A DNA stretch of 64,000 nucleotides from Euprymna scolopes (taxonomy: Eukaryota): the NCBI GenBank assembly GCA_053919585.1, contig CM132828.1; one strand, 5' to 3'. The translations under genes and the position numbers were made by a program. The notes under the pieces were generated by a model. The model worked only from the letters and a program-made list of their open reading frames with translations. It was not told the origin of the DNA and ran no database searches. Below, one piece after another: positions 1-13,300 of the stretch (position 1 is its first letter; each line of letters starts with the position of its first letter).

Positions 1-779
1 ACTGTTCAAATAAATATTTTCTTGAATGAACAACGTAATGTGTATTTGTTCTGTCGCTTCCGTAAACCTGGGCGTATTTCTAGGACACTCTCTAATTAGA
101 TGGTTCGGAGACTGACATTTGTAACACAACAACACGTTTCCACTTCGGTCACATGGATTAGATTGTCCTCGACGAAAACGCCTTTTGTTGTTACCCGGTT
201 TAGAATAATTATAGTTGACGATTTCGGGCTCTGATTTCACTGCCGGTACATTTTCATCACGATAAATGTCACCAAATACTTTCTTTATCGATTCCTTCAT
301 GTTTTGATACGTCAAAACAGAACACGTTGTCCGCGCTAATTTTTCGTTCTCTTCCGATATGTTAACCGCGTTCAAAACAAGAAAAGCTTGCACTCCTTCC
401 GGTAGAATAATGTAGAATTTTTTTATCTTTGGTACAAAAACTCATAACGAACAAGAAAGTCATTTATACTGGTACCTGACGATCTTTTATAAGTGTAAAA
501 TTCCTTAAAAGTCATGTAAGCGCGCGTGTGTTCATCCTTTAAATATATGTCATCCAGTTTCTTTATTAAGATCTTCAAGCCATCTCGTCCGCCGATGTCA
601 CTTGTTGGCAATTCACGGACACATTCTCTAATATTCGGTGGTAGCGTCAAAAACACTGCTGGCCCTTTTTTTTCCTCAGAAAGATCCGTGAACAACGACC
701 ACATTTCAACGTCTTGTTTCCAGTTCTCGTAAACATCCTCCCCCTCCAACAATGGAGGTTGTTTGTTCGAAGTTGCCAT
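1..779 (-). pseudogene. gag: copia gag with one frameshift near 423-430
   Basis: ORF 779..423 (MATSNKQPPLL...YENWKQDVEMW...) continues in the adjacent frame from 426 to the window edge as IKKFYIILPEGVQAFLVLNAVNISEENEKLARTTC...NPCDRSGNVLLCYKCQSPNHLIRECP. The zinc knuckle lies at 85-126. Confidence 0.88.
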
Positions 780-877
780 ATCCGATATCCGATCTGTCTA
801 GTGCTACAGACAAGCTGTAAAAAAAAAAAAAATTTTTTTTTTTTTTTTTTTTCGTTTTGTCGCACACAGAGGGATAT

Positions 878-888
878 CTCTGCTACCA
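878..888 (-). other. primer binding site, tRNA-iMet
   Basis: Plus strand ctctgctacca = TGGTAGCAGAG on minus, 2 nt from the LTR end. Confidence 0.9.
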
Positions 889-890
889 TT

Positions 891-1030
891 TGTTGAGACA
901 CTTGTAGTCTGTCTAAACTGTACGAACGAACTGACTAAACCAAGATGGCCGACTCCTATTTATATCACCACAAGCAAGGGAGGTAACCATGTAACTGAAG
1001 CAAGGGAGGTAACCAATGTCTACATTAACA
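891..1030 (-). repeat. 5' LTR of the copia element (140 bp)
   Basis: Termini TGTTGA/TTAACA, adjacent to the PBS. Internal 18 bp direct repeat aagcaagggaggtaacca at 972-989 and 998-1015. The partner LTR is outside the window, so the outer boundary is inferred. Confidence 0.8.
941..964 (-). promoter_or_regulatory. putative LTR promoter: TATA box (957-964) and YY1-like motif (941-951)
   Basis: TATAAATA on the minus strand. CAAGATGGCCG resembles the YY1 consensus CAAGATGGCGGC. Motif match only. Confidence 0.45.
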
Positions 1031-2154
1031 CATAGTTACATAAACAAAATGTGAAATAAAATTTACAAAATGTTAGACTAATTTTCTTTAATTTAATTTT
1101 TTATTACATTTTTATTTTACATTTGGTGACATTCATAAATGAAACCAGTTAGAATATTACAAATGCTAATTAAAAGATGAATAGAATTTTTTATGAAAAA
1201 ATCATGATTGTATCTACAAGTGCCTAAGTCAATGTGTTCAGTTCTCTTGCTAATGTCTAAGAATATGTGCGTGAGATGAAGGCGTGTATGCGAGTTATTA
1301 AAGATTCCTTTTTGCCTCTCTCCAACTCAAGACACATTCTTAAGTATTTCAGCCCAACCAGCTTGAGAAATTCGAAGAAATCAGATTCTGTTACCCAACG
1401 CATTAATTCAACTTAATTTAGCATTTTAATGTTCAACAAAAGTTTATATGCATATTTTTTTCCTCACATGTGTTTTTGCTTTCAACCGACTAAGGTCTTT
1501 ATTTTATACTCAGTTTTATTATTATTGTCCCTGACTTTAACTCATCAAACAAAAAACTACATGTGTAATAAAGTACAATAAAGATTTGCTGTTTTTTAAT
1601 GTTTTATTTAAAGGGATATTGTTTTAGGTAGGAAACACCAATATTTAATTAATTACTTCTTAATAAGTTTTTTAATTAGTCTGAAGGATGGGAATTGCTA
1701 AATTGGTTAAACTCTCTTCTATTCATAAACACGTGAGATACTTATTTGCCATATCACGTGACACTTGCATTTGTCTTTCAATCACGAAATAACCTGCAAT
1801 AATAAAATAGTTCTGCTGATGGAACAGAGATCGTTTCTTTTTACATGCCTCCCATACCAGCAATATTAGAAACAACTTCTATTTGTAGAAGAAACCCAGC
1901 TTCACAAAAGACGCACCCTTGATCTTATACTCCGCAAAGTGATAATCTGTTCCAATTACGAAAATAGCCTGGCCGGTACTCTTAGCAGTTCTTGGAAACA
2001 AGTAGCTATTAAAGTTAAAGGCAATAAACTCAACCACACTATGTATGATCGGGGCAATGCTTGTGATGATAGTTTGCTTAAAAAGCACAAATAATATACT
2101 CCGTTATTAATAATTAATATATGAGTTGTTGATATGTATATCATAGCAGAAAGG

Positions 2155-2401
2155 TTAGGCACAGTTTATAGTAGGATTCACAAAAGGGGAGCGATAATCT
2201 GGCTGCAAAAGAAAAAATAGATAAAAATCACACAATAAGTTTAGGCACAGTTTATAGTAGGATACCTAAAGCTACAAAAAGGGGGCGATAATTTGGATTC
2301 AAAATTTAATTTAGGGAACAATGACACAAATACAATGTCACAAGTGAATTAATAGGGAAAATGGCACAGTAAAAATAGATAAAAATCACACAATAAGTTT
2401 A
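2155..2401. repeat. degenerate local tandem duplication
   Basis: ttaggcacagtttatagtaggat at 2155 and 2241; aaaaatagataaaaatcacacaataagttta at ~2213 and 2371. Confidence 0.8.
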
Positions 2402-2854
2402 TCAACATATAGAATACATAAGGGAAAATACATAAGTAAAAAATGTTTATGTGATAAACCGACATTTATCCAAGTTAATCATTGGTTTTATTTAGTATGT
2501 TTGTCACGTACTTATATACCCAACAACTAGTAATATATAATAACACATGTTCAACTAAACCGTGGTCACCCCTGGCTAAAATTAGTGTGAGTGCTGACTG
2601 CTGATCTAGACAAACATTCTCGCCTTCATTTCCACACATCTTCACAAGCCAACGACCCTACAGCTGCTACTGATTTTGACACACGTGCTCTATTACACTA
2701 CTCCAGAAAAAGTTTTACCTATTGTTTCGATATTTTTTCAAATGAAAACAAACATGAAATATATATAGACAAATACATATAAAAACTCATATATAATATG
2801 CATATACGTATGGAGTTAAATAACTAAGAAATAGGACTATAGTTTTCTAAAAAG

Positions 2855-3227
2855 GATTGTCGTTTCACATAACATTTTAATAAACAAAACGTACAAGTTG
2901 AATTTCATTATCCTTTTTATACATAATTACAAAAACAAAACAGTGAAATGAAAAATAAAATAAAAACAATGAAAGGAAATAATTTTAAAAATAGATAAAA
3001 TAAAACAAGAAAAAAACTAATCTAATTAGGTAAAAAAACGTAACTTAGATTAACTTTGGTAACATTTGTTTTTTTATTGTTTCGCCTATTTTGTTTATTT
3101 ATTGTTTCACCCATTTTGTAAAAAACGAAAAAATTCTTTTTTTTATTTCATTGTTTTGATGATTATGCAGATAATAAAATTTAATTTTTATCTTTTGTTT
3201 ATGAAAATGTTATGTGAAACTACAGTC
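2855..3227. repeat. imperfect long inverted repeat (MITE/foldback remnant)
   Basis: 2862-2889 matches the reverse complement of 3193-3220 at 27/28 nt. Weaker pairing extends inward (about 2890-2960 with 3135-3192) and outward. Confidence 0.7.
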
Positions 3228-3345
3228 TAGTTGAAACAAAAACATTATTTCATTTCATTATTTACATATAACAAGTACAGTAGTAAAAATTAAAGCATTT
3301 TTTTAATTATTGTTATCAGCAGTTGAGTTGTTTTTTCTTGCTATG

Positions 3346-3423
3346 AATGGAATGAGAATTTTACCGAAACGAAATTAGTTCATTGATTTGCTAATTTCTT
3401 TTCGTAAAAATTTTCATTCCATT
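3346..3423. repeat. 78 nt hairpin-forming inverted repeat
   Basis: Arms 3346-3378 and 3391-3423 pair at 29/33 positions, with a 12 nt loop. Confidence 0.75.
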
Positions 3424-4344
3424 CCATTTTTTACGTCCGTTCACGGCATCCATCTTGCGTACGACTTTAGTCAAGATGGCTTATGAATTTTTTAGGAAAA
3501 AATTACATGCTTTTTTAATGACAAGCTGCCCGACCCCTCGCAAAAGTTATGAAAAATAAAAATTCGAATGGTAAATCTTTTTTATTATATTTTCTTCCAA
3601 CCTAGTTCAATTTTTATTGTGGCCACTGAAGTTTTCAATTTTGAAAATAATTTTAATTTACGGGTTCGGGGTGGGTAAAAATTTAACTTCCAGAAAAAAA
3701 CAACTTTTCCAATGAAAAAGCAAAACATTTAAAGAAAATCACTTTATACTTAATTGTCCTAAAACGCTAGAATAGCTCGGATATAGCGGTTTATTTTGCA
3801 TTAAATTTACATGTGAAAATGACCCCCACTCTAAATTCTTAAATTGATTTTTTTTGTTTATTTCTTCTCGCCTGGTGGATAATTTTCTAGACTAAAATGC
3901 ACAAAAAAAGAAAAATTAAATACAAAATAAATGTTACCAAATGCAAGAAAGTATTATTTTATCTAGTAAAAAATGTATTTAACTTTTACAAAATAAAAAT
4001 AATTCGAACTTTCGCATTACATTAAAATAAAAATTTAAACATGAAACAAAAATATGTTAGTAATTAATGTTCAATTCATGAAACACATTTTTAATGTCTT
4101 TAAAATAAGTTAAAAAATCCACTTACATTTTATATTGGCAAAATTTCAATGTCTTTCGTGTGGCCTCTTTGCTTATGGGAAACTTGAAAACTACATTTCC
4201 CAAGGAATCAAAAATATTATTTACCAAAATAATTTCTGTTGGTATCTTGAGATTGTATTGCTTTATATTGCCATGCAAATCCGTCTTCTCTTATTTAAAA
4301 TTTGTTTTAATAGACACATGAACTGAAATCAAAGAAGAAATGAG

Positions 4345-7300
4345 TCAACACATGTTGTCGTTTATGGGTGTAAAAAGTTTTGAATCTACTAATCCTCTTA
4401 ATGCTCAATTCATCTGAACAAATACAAACATATTAACCGTATTCGAAGACGAAATTAACACATGTTGTCGTTTATGGGTGTGAAAAGTTTTTAATCTACT
4501 AATCCTCTTAATGTTCAATTCATCTGAACAAATACAGACATATTAACCGTATTCGAAGACGAAATTAATCAACAGATGTTGTCGTTTATGGGTGTGAAAA
4601 GTTTTGAATCTACTAATCCACTTAATGCCCAATTCATCTGAACAAATACAGACATATTAACCGTATTCGAAGACGAAATTAATCAACACATGTTGTCTCT
4701 TATGGGTGTGAAAAGTTTTTAATCTACTAATCCTCTTAATGCCCAATTCATCTGAACAAATACAGACATATTAACCGTATTCGAAGACGAAATTAATCAA
4801 CACATGTTGTCTCTTATGGGTGTGAAAAGTTTTTAATCTACTAATCCTCTTAATGCCCAATTCATCTGAACAAATACAGACATATTAACCGTATTCAAAG
4901 ACGAAATTAATCAACACATGTTGTCGTTTATGGGTGTGAAAAGTTTTTAATCTACTAATCCTCTTAATGCTCAATTCATCTGAACAAATACAAACATATT
5001 AACCGTATTCGAAGACGAAATTAATCAACACATGTTGTCGTTTATGTGTGTGAAAAGTTTTTAATCTACTAATCCTCTTAATGCTCAATTCATCTGAACA
5101 AATACAAACATATTAACCGTATTCGAAGACGAAATTAATCAACACATGTTGTCGTTTATGTGTGTGAAAAGTTTTTAATCTACTAATCCTCTTAATGCTC
5201 AATTCATCTGAATAAATACAAACATATTAACCGTATTCGAAGACGAAATTAATCAACACATGTTGTCGTTTATGGGTGTGAAAAGTTTTTAATCTACTAA
5301 TCCTCTTAATGCCCAATTCATCTGAACAAATACAGACAGATTAACCGTATTCGAAGACGAAATTAATCAACACATGTTGTCGTTTATGGGTGTGAAAAGT
5401 TTTCAATCTACTAATCCTCTTAATGCTCAATTCATCTGAACAAATACAAACATATTAACCGTATTCGAAGACGAAATTAATCAACACATGTTGTCGTTTA
5501 TGTGTGTGAAAAGTTTTTAATCTACTAATCCTCTTAATGCTCAATTCATCTGAACAAATACAAACATATTAACCGTATTCGAAGACGAAATTAATCAACA
5601 CATGTTGTCGTTTATGGGTGTGAAAAGTTTTTAATCTACTAATCCTCTTAATGCCCAATTCATCTGAACAAATACAGACAGATTAACCGTATTCGAAGAC
5701 GAAATTAATCAACACATGTTGTCGTTTATGGGTGTGAAAAGTTTTTAATCTACTAATCCTCTTAATGCTCAATTCATCTGAACAAATACAGACATATTAA
5801 CCATATTCGAAGACGAAATTAATCAACACATGTTGTCGCTTATGGGTGTGAAAAGTTTTTAATCTACTAATCCTCTTAATGCTCAATTCATCTGAACAAA
5901 TACAGACATATTAACCGTATTCGAATTAATCAACACATGTTGTCGTTTATGGGTGTGAAAAGTTTTGAATCTACTAATCCTCTTAATGCTCAATTCATCT
6001 GAACAAATACAGACATATTAACCGTATTCGAATTAATCAACACATGTTGTCGTTTATGGGTGTGAAAAGTTTTTAATCTACTAATCCTCTTAATGCTCAA
6101 TTCATCTGAACAAATACAGACATATTAACCATATTCGAAGACGAAATTAATCAACACATGTTGTCGCTTATGGGTGTGAAAAGTTTTTAATCTACTAATC
6201 CTCTTAATGCCCAATTCATCTGAACAAATACAGACATATTAACTGTATTCGAAGACGAAATTAATCAACACATGTTGTCGTTTATGGGTGTGAAAAGTTT
6301 TTCATCTACTAATCCTCTTAATGCTCAATTCATCTGAACAAATACATATTAACCGTATTCGAAGACGAAATTAATCAACACATGTTGTCGTTTATGGGTG
6401 TGAAAAGTTTTTCATCTACTAATCCTCTTAATGCTCAATTCATCTGAACAAACACAGACATATTAACCGTATTCGAAGACGAAATTAATCAACACATGTT
6501 GTCGTTTATGGGTGTGAAAAGTTTTTAATCTACTAATCCTCTTAATGCCCAATTCATCTGAACAAATACAGACATATTAACTGTATTCGAAGACGAAATT
6601 AATCAACACATGCTGTCATTTATGGGTGTGAAAAGTTTTTAATCTACTAATCCTCTTAATGCTCAATTCATCTGAACAAATACATATTAACCGTATTCGA
6701 AGACGAAATTAATCAACACATGTTGTCGTTTATGGGTGTGAAAAGTTTTTCATCTACTAATCCTCTTAATGCTCAATTCATCTGAACAAATACAGACATA
6801 TTAACCGTATTCGAAGACGAAATTAATCAACACATGTCGTTTATGGGTGTGAAAAGTTTTGAATCTACTAATCCTCTTAATGCTCAATTCATCTGAACAA
6901 ATACAAACATATTAACCATATTCGAAGACGAAATTAATCAACACATGTTGTCGTTTATGGGTGTGAAAAGTTTTTCATCTACTAATCCTCTTAATGCTCA
7001 ATTCATCTGAACAAATACAGACATATTAACCGTATTCGAAGACGAAATTAATCAACACATGTTGTCGTTTATGGGTGTGAAAAGTTTTTCATCTACTAAT
7101 CCTCTTAATGCTCAATTCATCTGAACAAACACAGACATATTAACCGTATTCGAAGACGAAATTAATCAACACATGTTGTCGTTTATGGGTGTGAAAAGTT
7201 TTGAATCTACTAATCCTCTTAATGCTCAATTCATCTGAACAAATACAAACATATTAACCGTATTCGAAGACGAAATTAATCAACACATGTTGTCGTTTAT

Positions 7301-10300
7301 GGGTGTGAAAAGTTTTTCATCTACTAATCCTCTTAATGCTCAATTCATCTGAACAAATACAGACATATTAACCGTATTCGAAGACGAAATTAATCAACAC
7401 ATGTTGTCGTTTATGGGTGTGAAAAGTTTTTAATCTACTAATCCTCTTAATGCTCAATTCATCTGAACAAATACAAACATATTAACCGTATTCGAAGACG
7501 AAATTAATCAACACATGTTGTCGTTTATGGGTGTGAAAAGTTTTTCATCTACTAATCCTCTTAATGCTCAATTCATCTAAACAAATACAGACATATTAAC
7601 CGTATTCGAAGACGAAATTAATCAACACATGTTGTCGTTTATGGGTGTGAAAAGTTTTGAATCTACTAATCCTCTTAATGCTCAATTCATCTGAACAAAT
7701 ATAGACATATTAACCGTATTCGAAGACGAAATTAATCAACACATGTTGTCGTTTATGAGTGTGAAAAGTTTTGAATCTACTAATCCTCTTAATGCTCAAT
7801 TCATCTGAACAAACACAGACATATTAACCGTATTCGAAGACGAAATTAATCAACACATGTTGTCGTTTATGGGTGTGAAAAGTTTTAAATCTACTAATCC
7901 TCTTAATGCTCAATTCATCTGAACAAATACAGACATATTAACCGTATTCGAAGACGAAATTAATCAACACATGTTGTCGTTTATGGGTGGGAAAAGTTTT
8001 TCATCTACTAATCCTCTTAATGCTCAATTCATCTGAACAAATACAAACATATTAACCGTATTCGAAGACGAAATTAATCAACACATGTTGTCGTTTATGG
8101 GTGTGAAAAGTTTTGAATCTACTAATCCTCTTAATGCTCAATTCATCTGAACAAACACAGACATATTTACCGTATTCGAAGACGAAATTAATCAACACAT
8201 GTTGTCGTTTATGGGTGTGAAAAGTTTTGAATCTACTAATCCTCTTAATGCTCAATTCATCTGAACAAATACAAACATATTAACCGTATTCGAAGACGAA
8301 ATTAATCAACACATGTTGTCGTTTATGGGTGTGAAAAGTTTTTCATCTACTAATCCTCTTAATGCTCAATTCATCTGAACAAACACAGACATATTAACCG
8401 TATTCGAAGACGAAATTAATCAACACATGTTGTCGTTTATGGGTGTGAAAAGTTTTTCATCTACTAATCCTCTTAATGCTCAATTCATCTGAACAAATAC
8501 AGACATATTAACCGTATTCGAAGACGAAATTAATCAACACATGTTGTCGTTTATGGGTGTGAAAAGTTTTTAATCTACTAATCCTCTTAATGCTCAATTC
8601 ATCTGAACAAATACAGACATATTAACCATATTCGAAGACGAAATTAATCAACACATGTTGTCGTTTATGGGTGTGAAAAGTTTTGAATCTACTAATCCTC
8701 TTAATGCTCAATTCATCTGAACAAATACAGACATATTAACCGTATTCGAAGACGAAATTAATCAACACATGTTGTCGTTTATGGGTGTGAAAAGTTTTTA
8801 ATCTACTAATCCTCTTAATGCTCAATTCATCTGAACAAATACAAACATATTAACCGTATTCGAAGACGAAATTAATCAACACATGTTGTCGTTTATGGGT
8901 GTGAAAAGTTTTTAATCTACTAATCCTCTTAATGCTCAATTCATCTGAACAAATACAGACATATTAACCGTATTCGAAGACGAAATTAATCAACACATGT
9001 CGTTTATGGGTGTGAAAAGTTTTGAATCTACTAATCCTCTTAATGCTCAATTCATCTGAACAAATACAAACATATTAACCGTATTCGAAGACGAAATTAA
9101 TCAACACATGTGCTGTCGTTTATGGGTGTGAAAAGTTTTGAATCTACTAATCCTCTTAATGCTCAATTCATCTGAACAAATACAGACATATTAACCGTAT
9201 TCGAAGACGAAATTAATCAACACATGTCGTTTATGGGTGTGAAAAGTTTTTAATCTACTAATCCTCTTAATGCTCAATTCATCTGAACAAATACAGACAT
9301 ATTAACCGTATTCGAAGACGAAATTAATCAACACATGTTGTCGTTTATGGGTGTGAAAAGTTTTGAATCTACTAATCCTCTTAATGCTCAATTCATCTGA
9401 ACAAATACAGACATATTAACCGTATTCGAAGACGAAATTAATCAACACATGTTGTCGTTTATGGGTGTGAAAAGTTTTTAATCTACTAATCCTCTTAATG
9501 CTCAATTCATCTGAACAAATACAGACATATTAACCATATTCGAAGACGAAATTAATCAACACATGTTGTCGTTTATGGGTGTGAAAAGTTTTGAATCTAC
9601 TAATCCTCTTAATGCTCAATTCATCTGAACAAATACAGACATATTAACCGTATTCGAAGACGAAATTAATCAACACATGTTGTCGTTTATGGGTGTGAAA
9701 AGTTTTGAATCTACTAATCCTCTTAATGCTCAATTCATCTGAACAAATACAAACATATTAACCGTATTCGAAGACGAAATTAATCAACACATGTTGTCGT
9801 TTATGGGTGTGAAAAGTTTTTAATCTACTAATCCTCTTAATGCTCAATTCATCTGAACAAATACAGACATATTAACCGTATTCGAAGACGAAATTAATCA
9901 ACACATGTCGTTTATGGGTGTGAAAAGTTTTTAATCTACTAATCCTCTTAATGCTCAATTCATCTGAACAAATACAAACATAATAACCGTATTCGAAGAC
10001 GAAATTAATCAACACATGTGCTGTCGTTTATGGGTGTGAAAAGTTTTGAATCTACTAATCCTCTTAATGCTCAATTCATCTGAACAAATACAGACATATT
10101 AACCGTATTCGAAGACGAAATTAATCAACACATGTCGTTTATGGGTGTGAAAAGTTTTTAATCTACTAATCCTCTTAATGCTCAATTCATCTGAACAAAT
10201 ACAGACATATTAACCGTATTCGAAGACGAAATTAATCAACACATGTTGTCGTTTATGGGTGTGAAAAGTTTTGAATCTACTAATCCTCTTAATGCTCAAT

Positions 10301-13300
10301 TCATCTGAACAAATACAGACATATTAACCGTATTCGAAGACGAAATTAATCAACACATGTCGTTTATGGGTGTGAAAAGTTTTTAATCTACTAATCCTCT
10401 TAATGCTCAATTCATCTGAACAAATACAGACATATTAACCGTATTCGAAGACGAAATTAATCAACACATGTTGTCGTTTATGGGTGTGAAAAGTTTTGAA
10501 TCTACTAATCCTCTTAATGCTCAATTCATCTGAACAAATACAGACATATTAACCGTATTCGAAGACGAAATTAATCAACACATGTTGTCGTTTATGGGTG
10601 TGAAAAGTTTTTAATCTACTAATCCTCTTAATGCTCAATTCATCTGAACAAATACAAACATATTAACCGTATTCGAAGACGAAATTAATCAACACATGTG
10701 CTGTCGTTTATGGGTGTGAAAAGTTTTGAATCTACTAATCCTCTTAATGCTCAATTCATCTGAACAAATACAGACATATTAACCGTATTCGAAGACGAAA
10801 TATGTCAACACATGTCGTTTATGGGTGTGAAAAGTTTTTAATCTACTAATCCTCTTAATGCTCAATTCATCTGAACAAATACAGACATATTAACCGTATT
10901 CGAAGACGAAATTAATCAACACATGTTGTCGTTTATGGGTGTGAAAAGTTTTGAATCTACTAATCCTCTTAATGCTCAATTCATCTGAACAAATACAGAC
11001 ATATTAACCGTATTCGAAGACGAAATTAATCAACACATGTCGTTTATGGGTGTGAAAAGTTTTGAATCTACTAATCCTCTTAATGCTCAATTCATCTGAA
11101 CAAATACAGACATATTAACCGTATTCGAAGACGAAATTAATCAACACATGTTGTCGTTTATGGGTGTGAAAAGTTTTGAATCTACTAATCCTCTTAATGC
11201 TCAATTCATCTGAACAAATATAGACATATTAACCGTATTCGAAGACGAAATTAATCAACACATGTTGTCGTTTATGGGTGTGAAAAGTTTTGAATCTACT
11301 AATCCTCTTAATGCTCAATTCATCTGAACAAATACAGACATATTAACCGTATTCGAAGACGAAATTAATCAACACATGTCGTTTATGGGTGTGAAAAGTT
11401 TTGAATCTACTAATCCTCTTAATGCTCAATTCATCTGAACAAATACAGACATATTAACCGTATTCGAAGACGAAATTAATCAACACATGTTGTCGTTTAT
11501 GGGTGTGAAAAGTTTTGAATCTACTAATCCTCTTAATGCTCAATTCATCTGAACAAATACAGACATATTAACCGTATTCGAAGACGAAATTAATCAACAC
11601 ATGTCGTTTATGGGTGTGAAAAGTTTTTAATCTACTAATCCTCTTAATGCTCAATTCATCTGAACAAATACAGACATATTAACCGTATTCGAAGACGAAA
11701 TTAATCAACACATGTTGTCGTTTATGGGTGTGAAAAGTTTTGAATCTACTAATCCTCTTAATGCTCAATTCATCTGAACAAATACAGACATATTAACCGT
11801 ATTCGAAGACGAAATTAATCAACACATGTTGTCGTTTATGGGTGTGAAAAGTTTTTCATCTACTAATCCTCTTAATGCTCAATTCATCTGAACAAATACA
11901 GACATATTAACCGTATTCGAAGACGAAATTAATCAACACATGTCGTTTATGGGTGTGAAAAGTTTTGAATCTACTAATCCTCTTAATGCTCAATTCATCT
12001 GAACAAATACAGACATATTAACCGTATTCGAAGACGAAATTAATCAACACATGTCGTTTATGGGTGTGAAAAGTTTTGAATCTACTAATCCTCTTAATGC
12101 TCAATTCATCTGAACAAATATAGACATATTAACCGTATTCGAAGACGAAATTAATCAACACATGTTGTCGTTTATGGGTGTGAAAAGTTTTGAATCTACT
12201 AATCCTCTTAATGCTCAATTCATCTGAACAAATACAAACATATTAACCGTATTCGAAGACGAAATTAATCAACACATGTTGTCGTTTATGGGTGTGAAAA
12301 GTTTTTAATCTACTAATCTTCTTAATGCTCAATTCATCTGAACAAATACGGACATATTAACCGTATTCGAAGACGAAATTAATCAACACATGTCGTTTAT
12401 GGGTGTGAAAAGTTTTGAATCTACTAATCCTCTTAATGCTCAATTCATCTGAACAAATACAGACATATTAACCGTATTCGAAGACGAAATTAATCAACAC
12501 ATGTCGTTTATGGGTGTGAAAAGTTTTGAATCTACTAATCCTCTTAATGCTCAATTCATCTGAACAAATATAGACATATTAACCGTATTCGAAGACGAAA
12601 TTAATCAACACATGTTGTCGTTTATGGGTGTGAAAAGTTTTGAATCTACTAATCCTCTTAATGCTCAATTCATCTGAACAAATACAAACATATTAACCGT
12701 ATTCGAAGACGAAATTAATCAACACATGTTGTCGTTTATGGGTGTGAAAAGTTTTTAATCTACTAATCTTCTTAATGCTCAATTCATCTGAACAAATACG
12801 GACATATTAACCGTATTCGAAGACGAAATTAATCAACACATGTCGTTTATGGGTGTGAAAAGTTTTGAATCTACTAATCCTCTTAATGCTCAATTCATCT
12901 GAACAAATACAGACATATTAACCGTATTCGAAGACGAAATTAATCAACACATGTTGTCGTTTATGGGTGTGAAAAGTTTTTAATCTACTAATCTTCTTAA
13001 TGCTCAATTCATCTGAACAAATACGGACATATTAACCGTATTCGAAGACGAAATTAATCAACACATGTCGTTTATGGGTGTGAAAAGTTTTGAATCTACT
13101 AATCCTCTTAATGCTCAATTCATCTGAACAAATACAGACATATTAACCGTATTCGAAGACGAAATTAATCAACACATGTCGTTTATGGGTGTGAAAAGTT
13201 TTGAATCTACTAATCCTCTTAATGCTCAATTCATCTGAACAAATATAGACATATTAACCGTATTCGAAGACGAAATTAATCAACACATGTCGTTTATGGG

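Larger units (their letters stand above)
1..1030 (-). mobile_element. Ty1/copia LTR retrotransposon, GalEa-like, 5' part (continues beyond the window start)
   Basis: Minus-strand order: 140 bp LTR (TGTT...AACA), 2 nt spacer, PBS TGGTAGCAGAG, short leader, gag with a CX2CX4HX4C knuckle. A short LTR with this iMet PBS and this gag style matches the GalEa clade as I recall it. Confidence 0.88.

Noticed and set aside
1879-2782. Short ORFs as host genes
   Set aside because: No recognisable domains or supportable splice structure.
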